Below, one piece after another: positions 39,387 through 49,642 of a stretch of 64,000 bases of DNA (position 1 is the first letter of the stretch; each line of letters opens with the position of its first letter). Source of the DNA: Candidatus Latescibacterota bacterium (GTDB lineage: Bacteria; Latescibacterota; UBA2968; UBA8231); the NCBI GenBank assembly GCA_965243025.1, contig CBDETY010000003.1, positions 1,824,001 through 1,888,000 on the forward strand, in the 5' to 3' direction. The notes below the pieces were generated by a model. It did not search any database. It saw nothing but the letters and a program-made list of their open reading frames with translations, and had not been told where the DNA came from. A program made the position numbers and the translations under genes.

Positions 39387-40625
39387 CTACAGAAACGTCG
39401 CTATCCAATTCTTCATGCGGCCGGCAGCTGCCCCGAACACTCCGGATCCCGTCCCTTCCGGGTGCTGGCTGAAACCACAGCTGTCGGCGTCGGCCGCCAT
39501 CAACACCAGCCCCAGCACGGCGGCATAGCAAGGGTTCGCAAGGCGCTCGCCGACGCCGGGAAACGCCGCGGGAACTCCCAGCCTCACCGGAATCCCGATC
39601 GACCGTTCGGCGAGCTCAACCGCTCCTTCAACGAGCGACCCTCCTCCAGTCAGCACGATTCCCGCGCCAAGGCGATCGCCGTACCCGCTGTCGTCGATCT
39701 CGCGCCGGACCATGGCGAAGATCTCTTTCATGCGCGCCTCGATGATGGTCGCGAGATCCCTTTTCGCTACCTCCACCGGTTTCCGTCCGCCCACTCCCTT
39801 CAGTTGGACGACGTCGTTCTTGTCGGCGCACTCCGCCAGAGCCATTCCGTAACGGCACTTCATGTCCTCCGCCAGGGGCCAACTGGTGCGCAGGCAGATC
39901 GCAATGTCGCTCGTGGCGTTCTGTCCCCCGACGCCGACCACCGAGGTACGCCGGACGGAACCATCGGAATGGATCGCAAGGTCGGTTGTACTGCCTCCAA
40001 TATCGACGACGCAGACCCCCACATCCTTCTCTTCCTGGCGCAATACCGCCCGGCTGGATGCCAACGGTTCGACGACGATGCCATCCACCTCCATCTCCGT
40101 TCGCTCGATGTTCCTGCTGATGTTTCGCACCGAGGTGGCGGCGCCCGTGACGATATGCACCGACGATTCCAGGCGAACCCCCGTCATACCGACGGGATCG
40201 CGGATGCCAGCCTGGTCGTCGATTGAGAATTCCTGAGGAAGCACGTGAAGCACCTCGCGGTCGAACGGAATCGCCACGGTCCTGGCAGCCTCCACGACCC
40301 GGTCTCGATCCTCTTGTGTGACTTCGGGCCCGCCGTCGCCCACGGCGATGGAGCCCCGGCTGTCGAAACCGCGAATGTGTTCACCCGAGATGCTTGCAAG
40401 CACTGCCTCGATTTCAATACCTGCCATCAATTCGGCCTGGTGCACGGCCCCCCTTACCGCCTGCACAGTCTTTTCCGCGTCGACGACAGCGCCCCTGCGC
40501 AAGCCATCGGAAGATCTGTGCCCGTACCCGATGATCTCGATGCCTTCCGCTCCGAGCTCCGCGATTGCAACGCAGATTTTCGTCGTCCCGAGATCCAGTC
40601 CAACCACCGTGTCCCCGCGGCGCAT
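39387..40625 (-). CDS. ftsA: Cell division protein FtsA
   Basis: GLDLGTTKI, LHVLPQEF, DPVGMTGVRLE, DIGGSTTD, VLTGGGS; lies directly before ftsZ. Confidence 0.95.
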   Translation of the reverse strand: MRRGDTVVGLDLGTTKICVAIAELGAEGIEIIGYGHRSSDGLRRGAVVDAEKTVQAVRGAVHQAELMAGIEIEAVLASISGEHIRGFDSRGSIAVGDGGPEVTQEDRDRVVEAARTVAIPFDREVLHVLPQEFSIDDQAGIRDPVGMTGVRLESSVHIVTGAATSVRNISRNIERTEMEVDGIVVEPLASSRAVLRQEEKDVGVCVVDIGGSTTDLAIHSDGSVRRTSVVGVGGQNATSDIAICLRTSWPLAEDMKCRYGMALAECADKNDVVQLKGVGGRKPVEVAKRDLATIIEARMKEIFAMVRREIDDSGYGDRLGAGIVLTGGGSLVEGAVELAERSIGIPVRLGVPAAFPGVGERLANPCYAAVLGLVLMAADADSCGFSQHPEGTGSGVFGAAAGRMKNWIATFL

Positions 40626-40628
40626 CGC

Positions 40629-41489
40629 TCAACCTCCCCTCTGTCGACGGCCCCTGGCAGCCGAGACCAGACGCGACCCGACGACGACCTGACCCTCGTA
40701 ACGCAGGTCGACGTACGCGGGGGGGGAACTCCTCTTTCCGTAAATCCGATTCATCATTCCCTTCAGGAGCCCCATGTGCCTGGCGGCCTCGGTTGCGGGT
40801 ACCCTCACCTCGAGCCCGTCAGCCACCATCTGCAGTGCCAGTGCCCCGTCCGACAACGGCTCGATGGTGGAAATATTCCGGCTGAAGGCGCTGTCGCCGT
40901 GCACGGCTTCCGTCAGCCAACCCAGAACCGCGAAGAGAGAGGAATCGGGGATCACATCCCCCGACTGCAGCGAGTCCCAGCCGGGGCCTTCGCACCGGAT
41001 CACTGGAAGGTCGATATCGGCGATCCGCTCTCGCGGCAAGGGAGCGGGGGGCAGGACTATTCCCTCGGCATCCACTCCGAAGGGGTCACCGCCGGCGTCG
41101 AGCCAGGCCAGGCGCCGCCGCTCTTCGACGGCGATGTAGATGCGATCGGGAGGACGCACGTGAGCGTGCGCCCTTCGGACCCATGGCAGCTCCTCGAGCC
41201 TGCCGGCCAGGGAATCGAGGTCGACGGCGAAGATGTGGTCTCCCGCCCGCAGTCCGCTGGCGGCAAGAATGTCCGCTCCCGAGAGGGCGCTGAGTCCGCG
41301 GACCTCGAGCGCGGCGAGCGGCAAGCTCCTCGATTGGTAGAACTCGACGCCGACCCATGCCGCGGCGCTGGCGACGACCGCAGCGATGGCGGCGGTGAGC
41401 AGCCTGCGGCCGCGCCTGCGGCTCCCCTTGCGGTGCGGATAAACCTCCCCGGCTCTCACCATTCGCCGGGGCCGTGAGCGGAACGTCAC
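40629..41489 (-). CDS. ftsQ: Cell division protein FtsQ/DivIB
   Basis: Basic N-terminus, one TM, POTRA (LPWVRRAHAHVRPPDRIYIAVEER), YVDLRYEGQVVV; synteny. Confidence 0.85.
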   Translation of the reverse strand: MTFRSRPRRMVRAGEVYPHRKGSRRRGRRLLTAAIAAVVASAAAWVGVEFYQSRSLPLAALEVRGLSALSGADILAASGLRAGDHIFAVDLDSLAGRLEELPWVRRAHAHVRPPDRIYIAVEERRRLAWLDAGGDPFGVDAEGIVLPPAPLPRERIADIDLPVIRCEGPGWDSLQSGDVIPDSSLFAVLGWLTEAVHGDSAFSRNISTIEPLSDGALALQMVADGLEVRVPATEAARHMGLLKGMMNRIYGKRSSPPAYVDLRYEGQVVVGSRLVSAARGRRQRGG

Positions 41490-42916
41490 GGCGGCCCCCC
41501 CGTACAGGATTGCTTCGCCAGGAAATCGACGGTCCTCTCAGCCACCTCTCCGATGTCCCCGGCACCGAGAAAGAGAACGAGGTCTCCGGGTGCGCACGCC
41601 GCCGCTACCGCTGCCGGAAGATCGAGCTTGTCGGGAGTGTACTGGACCGGTTCGTACCCACGCTGCTTCATGGCATCACACAGGGTGCCTGCGTTTCCTC
41701 CTGTTGAATCGCTTTCCCGGGCACCGTACACGTCGGTGAGGAAGACGCGGTCAGCCGCCATCAGCGCGGCGGCGAACTGCTGCAGGAACACCCTTGTTCT
41801 CGAAAACAGGTGCGGCTGGAAGGCGGCGGTTACGGGCCGCTCCATCACCCGGGCGGCCTCGATAGCGGCGCCGACCTCTGTCGGGTGGTGGGCGTAGTCT
41901 TCGACGACCAGAATGCCGCCGGCTTCCCCCTTGATTTCGAAACGCCGTTCGACTCCGGTGAAAGCGGAAAGAGCCGACCGGATCGCTTCGGGCCCGACCC
42001 CGAGGGAATCGGCGGCAGCCGCAGCCGCCGTGGCGTTCATCACGTTATGGCGGCCCGGGACCCCGACCGAGATTTCGACGGCGTCCTCTCCGCGGCCGGT
42101 TTTCAGCCTGAAACGGCTTCCGTCCCCGGCGAGTCCGATCTTCTCGGCTCGATACTTGTTGGACGGGTGAATGCCGAAGGTCGCGTCCGGTTCACCCGCA
42201 AGCCTTCCCGAAACCTTCCGGCACCCCGGATCGTCGCCGTTGAGCAGCAGCCTCCCGTCGGCAGGGGTCCCCGAGGCGAACTCTGAAAAGGCGTCGACGA
42301 CCTCCTCTTCGCTGCGATAGGTGTCCACGAGATGCTCGGCTTCGACGTTGGTGATGAGGGCCATCCACGGCTTCAGGTGCAGAAACCCCCGGTCGTATTC
42401 ATCCGCTTCGAGAACGAGAAGCTCCCCGCTTCCAAGCCCGGCGAGGGCACGACCTTCCTTGCGTCCACCGATGAGGCAGGAGGGATTTCGGCCGCTCTCC
42501 TCGAGGATCTCGAACAGCATGCTCGCGGTCGTCGTCTTTCCGTGGGTACCGGCCACCGCAACGGTTCGGAAAGAGTGCGACAGATCGGCTACGAATCTTG
42601 CCCGGGAAACGGTGTCGATCCCGAGGTGCCGCGCCGCGGCCAGCTCCGGGTTGTCCCGCGGCACCGCGGCTGAGTGGATCACCAGGGCGACGCCGTCGCC
42701 GACGGCATCTGCACAGTGCCCGGCCATTACCGCGACCCCGTCCGCTTCGAGATTGTCCAGTGCTTGCGAAGGCTCCCTGTCCGATCCGCTGACCCGGCAG
42801 CCGAGATGCATCAGCAGCCGCGCCAGACCTTCCATGCCCACACCGCCGACACCGACCAGATGGACATGGGCTCTTGAGCCTGCCAGGGCCCGCAAGCGTT
42901 GATCGCTCAGTCTCAT
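41486..42916 (-). CDS. murC: UDP-N-acetylmuramate--L-alanine ligase
   Basis: HLVGVGGVGMEGLA, AGTHGKTTT, EADEYD, GVERRFE, DYAHHPTE, FQPHLFSRT. Confidence 0.93.
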   Translation of the reverse strand: MRLSDQRLRALAGSRAHVHLVGVGGVGMEGLARLLMHLGCRVSGSDREPSQALDNLEADGVAVMAGHCADAVGDGVALVIHSAAVPRDNPELAAARHLGIDTVSRARFVADLSHSFRTVAVAGTHGKTTTASMLFEILEESGRNPSCLIGGRKEGRALAGLGSGELLVLEADEYDRGFLHLKPWMALITNVEAEHLVDTYRSEEEVVDAFSEFASGTPADGRLLLNGDDPGCRKVSGRLAGEPDATFGIHPSNKYRAEKIGLAGDGSRFRLKTGRGEDAVEISVGVPGRHNVMNATAAAAAADSLGVGPEAIRSALSAFTGVERRFEIKGEAGGILVVEDYAHHPTEVGAAIEAARVMERPVTAAFQPHLFSRTRVFLQQFAAALMAADRVFLTDVYGARESDSTGGNAGTLCDAMKQRGYEPVQYTPDKLDLPAAVAAACAPGDLVLFLGAGDIGEVAERTVDFLAKQSCTGGPP

Positions 42917-42923
42917 GGCAGCG

Positions 42924-44147
42924 CTACCGGCCGGCATTTGCAACAACCGGCATTCCCGGAGGGGGCTGCGCGGTTCTCAACGGCCGCAGCCTTCGCAGCA
43001 TCCCCCCGAACCATGGTTGGCTTTTTGCCGGGGCAAGGGATGGAGGTGACTGACCGGTCTCCCGGGAGACGGCAGCGAGAATTCCTATACCGCTGAGATT
43101 CCACAGCAGCGAGGAACCGCCGTAACTGACCAGCGGCAAGGGCAGTCCCGTGGTCGGCAGAATGCCGGTTACCACGCCGACGTTGGTCACGGCATACACG
43201 GAAATCATTACCGTGATCCCGGCGGCAACCAGGAATCCGTGATAGGTCCGGGCGTCGCTGGCGATGCGGTACCCGTGAATGGCGATGGCGACAAAGAGGG
43301 CGATCACGCTGAGGGAGCCCGCCAGCCCCAGTTCTTCGCCGATGAAGGCGAAAACGAAGTCGGTGTGCGGCTCCGGCAGGAAGTACTTCTGGACGCTGTC
43401 GCCCAGACCCACCCCCAGGAACCCGCCGCTTCCAAGCGCGAGGAGCGACTGGGAGACTTGAAAACCGGCGCCGCGGGGGTCGGCACCGTGAAGAAAACTG
43501 GTCAGCCGCTGCATCTGGTAGGGAGAACTGATCAGGGACCAGGCGACAAATGGAACGACCGCTCCGGCGGCGGCTGCGAGGTGCCAGGCCCCGGCCCCTC
43601 CGAGCCAGAGCATGATTATCGAGATGAGTCCGATGGCGATGGCGGTTCCCAGGTCCGGCTGCAGGACGATGAGGACCTGAACCGCCCCCAGAACCAGCAA
43701 ACGGGGCAGCAGACCTGTGCGCCAGTCTCCCATGCGTTGCTGGTGGCGCACCATGACATCCGCGAGGTAGAGAACAAGGGCGAGCTTTACGAATTCCGAG
43801 GGCTGGAAGGACAGGCTCATCCTGTCGAGGGGAAGGGGGAAAGGCAGCCATCGCGAAGCTCCCTTTCCCTGTCCGAAGATCAGAACCAGAACGAGCAGGG
43901 CCAGCCCGGTGAGGATCATGGGGCGGGCGGCCCGCTGCCAGATCCTCAGGGGCAGACGGGACAGGATGAACATGATACCGAGACCGATAGCCGCCCTGAT
44001 CACCTGTCTGACAAGAAAGAAACTGCTGTCGGCGTAGCGGGTGCCGGCCAGAACGGAGCTGGAGCTGTAGACCATCACCACTCCGAGACCGACAAGAATC
44101 ACTGCGATCAGAAGGATCTGGTTGCTTGCGCGCTGTGCCGCATTCAC
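42924..44147 (-). CDS. ftsW: SEDS peptidoglycan polymerase FtsW
   Basis: MVYSSS, FQPSEFVK, QPDLGT, LPEPHTDF, LPTTGLPLPLVSYGGSS. Confidence 0.95.
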   Translation of the reverse strand: MNAAQRASNQILLIAVILVGLGVVMVYSSSSVLAGTRYADSSFFLVRQVIRAAIGLGIMFILSRLPLRIWQRAARPMILTGLALLVLVLIFGQGKGASRWLPFPLPLDRMSLSFQPSEFVKLALVLYLADVMVRHQQRMGDWRTGLLPRLLVLGAVQVLIVLQPDLGTAIAIGLISIIMLWLGGAGAWHLAAAAGAVVPFVAWSLISSPYQMQRLTSFLHGADPRGAGFQVSQSLLALGSGGFLGVGLGDSVQKYFLPEPHTDFVFAFIGEELGLAGSLSVIALFVAIAIHGYRIASDARTYHGFLVAAGITVMISVYAVTNVGVVTGILPTTGLPLPLVSYGGSSLLWNLSGIGILAAVSRETGQSPPSLAPAKSQPWFGGMLRRLRPLRTAQPPPGMPVVANAGR

Positions 44148-44443
44148 GGTCTTGCCGATTCCGTTTGATCCGCGGGACGGCGGCCTCGGGCCGCGTGGAA
44201 CCCGGGTTCACAATTGGCCGCAGACCCGCAAGGGACCTGCGGTCGGAACAAGGGGGGGGTAGCCGCGCCCTGCGACGTCGCCGCCGGACTGAGCGGCAGT
44301 ACATCCGGGGCAGGGCGCTGAGTATCACTGCGTGGGGTGCCGAACACCGGGTGAGGAAACCCGGAGGGGCAGTGAAGCGGGGACTTCACTTGCCCCAACT
44401 CGCCCTGAGCGAATAGGCCGTGTGAGAGGCTTGTATCTGAAAT

Positions 44444-45844
44444 TTACAAAGAGCCTGCCTGAAGCGAAACAAGTAATCGCTCGACAATCTCTTCGAAGGC
44501 CGCGCCGCGTGATGCTTTTACAAGGACAACGTCCCCCGGCCGAACCTCTGCGCAAAGCTGCACAGCCAGTTCGGCCTTGTTTTCCATGTGGCGCGAGTTT
44601 TCAAGGCCGGCTTCAACAGCACCAAGGTGAGTGGAGCGGCTCAGCGGTCCGCAGGTCAGCAGCAGTTCGACACCGGCGCTCCGAGCCTGCCTGCCGAGTT
44701 CGGCGTGAAGTTCCGGTGCCGACTCCCCGAGCTCGAGCATGTCACCGAGGGCGGCAATGCGCCTTCCGCCGTTGGCCAACTGCATTTCGCCCAGCAGATC
44801 GAGGGCGGCTTTCGCAGATCCGGGGTTGGAGTTGTAGCAATCCTTGATCAGGCATGCGTCGTTTTTCCACACGACCTCCGAGCGCATCGAGGCAGGCTCG
44901 AATTCGGCAAGGGCGCGTCCGATTTCGGGCGCGGGAACGGCGCAGAGATCCCCTACCGCAGCTGCGGCCAGGGCGTTGTACACATTGTGCTTTCCGGGAA
45001 TCCGGAGATCGATAGGAATATTCTGTAGAGAGAGGTGGCCGCGGCCCTCCTGGTCGAGAACAAGTCCCTCCCCACAAAAATGGCTCTCACTATCGAGACT
45101 GAAGCCGAGGAGTCTCCCCTTTTTCCTCATGACCTCCCTGGCTACGACACAGTCATCGACGTTTACGAGAGCCAATGAAGACTTGTCCCCGATATAATCC
45201 AGGAGTTCCCCTTTGGCTTTGGCCACCCCCTCTACAGTTTCAAAAAACTCGAGATGCGCGGTCCCGATGTTGAGCAGGACCCCGATGGTCGGCTGAGCGA
45301 TCTCGCAGAGATAACGAATATCCCCCGCCTTGCGCGCCGCCAATTCAACTACGACCGCTTCAACTTCGCTCGTCAAGCGCAGAAGCGTCAACGGCACTCC
45401 TACCTCGTTGTTTTCGCTTTCCGGCGTCTTGAGGACGCGCATGGTGCGTCCCAGGACCGCAGCGGTCATCTCCTTGGTCGTCGTCTTTCCCGCGCTTCCC
45501 GTGATCGCTACGACGGGAAGGTCAAACCGCTTTCGATACTGTTTGGCGATCTCTCCCAGGGCCTTCTGAGCGTCGGCCACTCGCAGCACCGGCCGCAGGC
45601 GGCTACCCTCCCAGGAGTCGGCAATCGCAGCGCATGCTCCCCGATCGAAAGCCTCTTCGACGAACCGGTTGCCGTCGAAGTTCGGGCCTCGCAGGGCAAG
45701 GAACGCCTCCCCTTCCTTCAGGCTCCGGGTATCGGTACTGATCCCCCTCGGAGCGACACCGTCGGCCTCCTCCCCGGTCCATTGCCCGTCCAGCCATTGG
45801 CGTATCTCGCCGGCAGTGACCCCTTCCAATTCAACCCTCCCCAA
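44444..45844 (-). CDS. murF: UDP-MurNAc-tripeptide--D-Ala-D-Ala ligase
   Basis: STDTRS, GPNFDG, TGSAGKTTTKEM, NNEVGVPLT, DCYNSNP, GDMLELG, VKASRG. Confidence 0.95.
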   Translation of the reverse strand: MGRVELEGVTAGEIRQWLDGQWTGEEADGVAPRGISTDTRSLKEGEAFLALRGPNFDGNRFVEEAFDRGACAAIADSWEGSRLRPVLRVADAQKALGEIAKQYRKRFDLPVVAITGSAGKTTTKEMTAAVLGRTMRVLKTPESENNEVGVPLTLLRLTSEVEAVVVELAARKAGDIRYLCEIAQPTIGVLLNIGTAHLEFFETVEGVAKAKGELLDYIGDKSSLALVNVDDCVVAREVMRKKGRLLGFSLDSESHFCGEGLVLDQEGRGHLSLQNIPIDLRIPGKHNVYNALAAAAVGDLCAVPAPEIGRALAEFEPASMRSEVVWKNDACLIKDCYNSNPGSAKAALDLLGEMQLANGGRRIAALGDMLELGESAPELHAELGRQARSAGVELLLTCGPLSRSTHLGAVEAGLENSRHMENKAELAVQLCAEVRPGDVVLVKASRGAAFEEIVERLLVSLQAGSL

Positions 45845-47330
45845 TCTCCGACGCGCCTGACCCCCTGAGCCACTCCCGGGCTACGTGGCGATCGTCGAAG
45901 TCGATGGCATGGTCGGCAAATACCTGGCGGGTTTCGCTGCCCTTTCCAGCCAGCACCACGACGTCCCCGCCTCCGGCCGCCCGCAGCGCCAGCCCGATCG
46001 CTTCCTTCCGGTCGGGAAGCAGGTGCGCCTTTTCCGGGGAGCTCATCCCTGCCGCTATGTCGCCGATAATCCGTCCGGGAGGCTCGCTGCGGGGATTGTC
46101 AGAAGTAAGGAAGACTTCGTCGGCCAGCTCCCCCGCGATTTTCCCCATTTGCGGGCGCTTCCCCTGATCGCGGTCTCCGCCGCACCCGAAGAGGCAGATC
46201 AGCCTCCCGGTTGCCAGTTCCCGCGCGGTGTTCAGGACCGTTTCGAGCCCCGCGGGAGTGTGGGCGAAATCGACTATGACCTCGAACGGCTGTCCTTCGT
46301 CGATGCGTTCGAAGCGGCCCGGAACGCCTTCGAAGCCGGCGAGGGCCGCGGCAATCGTATCTGCATCCACGCCGAGGGCGAGGGCGCAGGCGACGGCCGC
46401 CATGGCGTTGGAGCAGTTGAAGCTCCCGGTCAACCGCGTATCGAGTTCGATTTTGCCGTGAGGAGTGAGCAGCGACAGGGATGTCCTGCCTCGCCTCCCG
46501 GCAGCTGACATCAACCTGACATCGGCATCTTTTCCACTTCCGAACGTCAACGCGGATCCATTGAGGCATCGACTCAAACGCTGTCCCCAAGGGTCGTCGA
46601 GATTGACCGCCGCACGCGGCGGGGGGTACGGCTCGAGGAGGTCGAACAGCTTTTTCTTGGCCTCGAAATAAGCTTCTTCGGAACCGTGGAAATCCAGGTG
46701 GTCGCGGGTGAGGTTGGTGAACACCGCAGCATCGAACCGGATGCCGTCGACACGACCGAGGGCAAGGGCATGGGAAGAAACTTCGAGCGCCGCCGCAGCG
46801 CGTCCGGCGTCGACCATGGCGCGCAGTTCGCGGTGCAGTTCGGAAGCTTCCGGAGTGGTGTTCGCCAGCGGTTTCATGGTATCCGAGGTGAGGCTGCCCA
46901 AAGTCCCAAGGTAGCCGCACGAACGCCCGGAGCGGTCGAGGATGGCCCGGATCAGCATCGCCGTCGTGGTTTTTCCGTTGGTTCCGGTGACCCCGACGGT
47001 GCACAACTGGCGCGACGGTTCTCCGTAGAACCGGGCCGCGATTCTCGCCAGGGCCTGGCGGGAATCGCCGACTTCGACCACGGTAGCGGATCCGGAACGA
47101 ACGGCTGGTTTCTCCACTATCACCGCAGCGGCTCCGCGCGCTACGGCGTCTTCGACGAATTCGTGCCGGTCCCTTTCCTCGCCCCCTCTGATCGCCACGA
47201 ACAGACTTCCGGGGCCAACGGAACGGGAGTCGCAGGCGATGTTCCCGATTTCGATACCCACCTCACCGCTTATGCGGGCATCTGGCAGGACTTCCAGCAA
47301 GCGGCCAAGAGTGTTCGCGGAGGCCTTCAT
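45831..47330 (-). CDS. murE: UDP-MurNAc-dipeptide--DAP ligase
   Basis: DSR, TGTNGKTT, TTPE, EVSSH, NLTRDHLDFHG, DFAHTP, GCGGDRD, SDNPRSE (DAP-specific DNPR). Confidence 0.95.
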   Translation of the reverse strand: MKASANTLGRLLEVLPDARISGEVGIEIGNIACDSRSVGPGSLFVAIRGGEERDRHEFVEDAVARGAAAVIVEKPAVRSGSATVVEVGDSRQALARIAARFYGEPSRQLCTVGVTGTNGKTTTAMLIRAILDRSGRSCGYLGTLGSLTSDTMKPLANTTPEASELHRELRAMVDAGRAAAALEVSSHALALGRVDGIRFDAAVFTNLTRDHLDFHGSEEAYFEAKKKLFDLLEPYPPPRAAVNLDDPWGQRLSRCLNGSALTFGSGKDADVRLMSAAGRRGRTSLSLLTPHGKIELDTRLTGSFNCSNAMAAVACALALGVDADTIAAALAGFEGVPGRFERIDEGQPFEVIVDFAHTPAGLETVLNTARELATGRLICLFGCGGDRDQGKRPQMGKIAGELADEVFLTSDNPRSEPPGRIIGDIAAGMSSPEKAHLLPDRKEAIGLALRAAGGGDVVVLAGKGSETRQVFADHAIDFDDRHVAREWLRGSGASEIGEG

Positions 47331-49345
47331 CGCGAATACGCCAGGGGGCGCCGGGCAAACTTGGCCAGCACTACCGACTGCCGGACTGGCATTCCGACCG
47401 GGGGAAAGAGGGCTTCCCGGGGGTGACCGAGCCTGCATGCAACCAGGTTCGAAAACCCGGACCCAGGGGGGGGATCCTGGGAAATGACGGTACTGCCCTC
47501 CCCCTCGAATCTGACGGCAAGCCCCCTTATGCGACCCTGGTAGCGGGCGGTTTCCCGGCTCAATCCCCGGAAGTCCGGCAGCACCGGGACGCTGGCAACA
47601 GCGGGAAGCGGCTTACTCTCCGGCGTCCCCGGGCTCCTGATCCTTCCCCGATAGTAGACGCGCTCCATGACGCGGCGAAAGACCGGGGCTGCAACCCGTC
47701 CGCCCCACTTCTCGGTGCGCGGATTCAACATTACGATCAGACAGAGAAACTCAGGCTGACGGGCCGGCAGGAATCCGACGAAGGAAACGATGTACTCGTC
47801 CTTTGCGTACCCTCCCCCGTGCTTTGCCGCCCGCTGCGCCGTTCCCGTCTTTCCCGCCACGTCGACTCCGGTAATCTTCGCCATCTGGCCGGTGCCGTCC
47901 CGCACGACCGAGGCGAGGATCTCCCTCATGGTCGACGACGTCTTTTCCGAGATTACCCGGCGAATCACTTTCGGTTCCACTACGGACCTTTCGCCGGCTC
48001 CATCATCCATCACCCGCAGGATCTGCGGAGCCATCAGCTGACCGCCGTTGGCAATAGCTCCGAAGGCCTGCACAAGTTGCAGGGCAGTTACCGAGACCTC
48101 CTGCCCGATGGCGATCGTCTCCAGGGAGCGGTCGGACCACTTGCGGGCATGTCTGAGCAGACCGGCGCTCTCGGCGGGCAGACCGACACCGGTACGGGTT
48201 CCGAACCCGAAGTTGCGAAGGTATTCGTAGAACCTGGGGCGCTGCTGTCGGCGGGCGATCTTCATCATCCCGATGTTGCTGGATTTCACCAGGACTTCAC
48301 TGGCGGTGAGCCGGCCGTATTTCCCGACATCCCGGACAACATCGCCGTTGTTGAGCCTGAAGGATCCGTTCTCGCAGTAGACGATCGTGCCCGGAGTCGC
48401 CAGCTCCTCCTCGAAAACCGACGCCGCGGTAATCGCCTTGAAGGTCGATCCGGGCTCGAAGGAATCGGTTATCGCCCGGTTGCGACGGACTTCGGCCGGA
48501 AACTTTCCCGGTTCGTTGGGATCGAACCGGGGAACGCTGGCCATCGCCAGGATTTCCCCGGTTTGAGGTTGCGAGATGATGGCGTAGGCCCCTTCGGAAC
48601 GGGTGGAATCGACGGCGAGCGCCAGCTCCTCCTCGAGGATATCCTGGTATACGGCATCGATCGTGAGAGTAAGGCTCGACCCGTCCTGCGGTGCCTGGTG
48701 TTCCCGATTGTGCACCGAAAGCTGCCGGCCGCGCGAGTCCACCTTGGTCAATCTCCTCCCGGTGGTCTCGCGAAGGGCGGAGTCGTAGGATATCTCCACC
48801 CCCTCACGGCCCTTTTTGTCGATATCGGCGAACCCCAGCAACTGGCCGGCAACCGGCCCGAAGGGGTAATAGCGACGTGTCCCCTTCTGCTCGCGGACAC
48901 CTTCGATTTCGGAGGAACGGTAGGAGGCTGCCTCCGTGTCCGGCACCTGTCTGGCGAGGTAAACGAACGGCCGGTCACCGTTCAATGTCTCGAGGATCGC
49001 CCGGGGTGTGCGGCCTGTCTTCTCCGCGAAATGCCGGGCAAGGTCCTGCGGTTGCCGGACCTCCGAAGGATGACAGTAGAAGGATGTCGCCGGGATATCC
49101 TGGGCGAGCACCCTCCCTTCACGGTCGAAAATGCGGCCTCTGCGCGCGGCGATTTCCACCCAGCGTTCATGCTGCTGCATGGCCTGCTCGGCAAAACTGT
49201 GGTGCTGAACCGCTTGCACCTGTACAAGCCGGCCGACCAGAAGGGCCCAGAACGCGGCGCCGGCGAGAAAAACCAGGCGCAGCCGGGAAAGACCCTGGAG
49301 TTTGCCCGATTCCGGTCTCTGGTGCTCGCTTTGCCGGTCGCTCAT
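47327..49345 (-). CDS. ftsI: Division-specific penicillin-binding protein (FtsI/PBP2b) with PASTA domain
   Basis: RGRIFDR, RYYP, EPGSTFK, SSN, KTGTAQ. Confidence 0.92.
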   Translation of the reverse strand: MSDRQSEHQRPESGKLQGLSRLRLVFLAGAAFWALLVGRLVQVQAVQHHSFAEQAMQQHERWVEIAARRGRIFDREGRVLAQDIPATSFYCHPSEVRQPQDLARHFAEKTGRTPRAILETLNGDRPFVYLARQVPDTEAASYRSSEIEGVREQKGTRRYYPFGPVAGQLLGFADIDKKGREGVEISYDSALRETTGRRLTKVDSRGRQLSVHNREHQAPQDGSSLTLTIDAVYQDILEEELALAVDSTRSEGAYAIISQPQTGEILAMASVPRFDPNEPGKFPAEVRRNRAITDSFEPGSTFKAITAASVFEEELATPGTIVYCENGSFRLNNGDVVRDVGKYGRLTASEVLVKSSNIGMMKIARRQQRPRFYEYLRNFGFGTRTGVGLPAESAGLLRHARKWSDRSLETIAIGQEVSVTALQLVQAFGAIANGGQLMAPQILRVMDDGAGERSVVEPKVIRRVISEKTSSTMREILASVVRDGTGQMAKITGVDVAGKTGTAQRAAKHGGGYAKDEYIVSFVGFLPARQPEFLCLIVMLNPRTEKWGGRVAAPVFRRVMERVYYRGRIRSPGTPESKPLPAVASVPVLPDFRGLSRETARYQGRIRGLAVRFEGEGSTVISQDPPPGSGFSNLVACRLGHPREALFPPVGMPVRQSVVLAKFARRPLAYSR

Positions 49346-49614
49346 CGCCTCCCTCCGCGGTCGAGCCGGTGCGCCGGTATCATCTTCAACTCCGACTCGG
49401 CGCGACGAACGATGACACCCGGTTTTTTGGCCCTGACTACCTCCGCCATCAGCCGGGTGCGCTCATCGTTCAGGGATGCGATTTCCGCTTCTGCAGCGGC
49501 GATGTCCTCCATCAATTCGGCGACTTCAATCTTGCCCCAGACGTACAGAATCGTGAGCGCCACGCCGGCGGCGACTGTGGCTACATAGGCTCTCAGCGTC
49601 TGAAACGAATGCAT
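49342..49614 (-). CDS. ftsL: Probable cell division protein FtsL
   Basis: Small protein with one TM and a coiled coil, between rsmH and ftsI. Confidence 0.65.
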   Translation of the reverse strand: MHSFQTLRAYVATVAAGVALTILYVWGKIEVAELMEDIAAAEAEIASLNDERTRLMAEVVRAKKPGVIVRRAESELKMIPAHRLDRGGRR

Positions 49615-49642
49615 GGCTCCGTTCCGGCTTCCGGTGTCCGGC

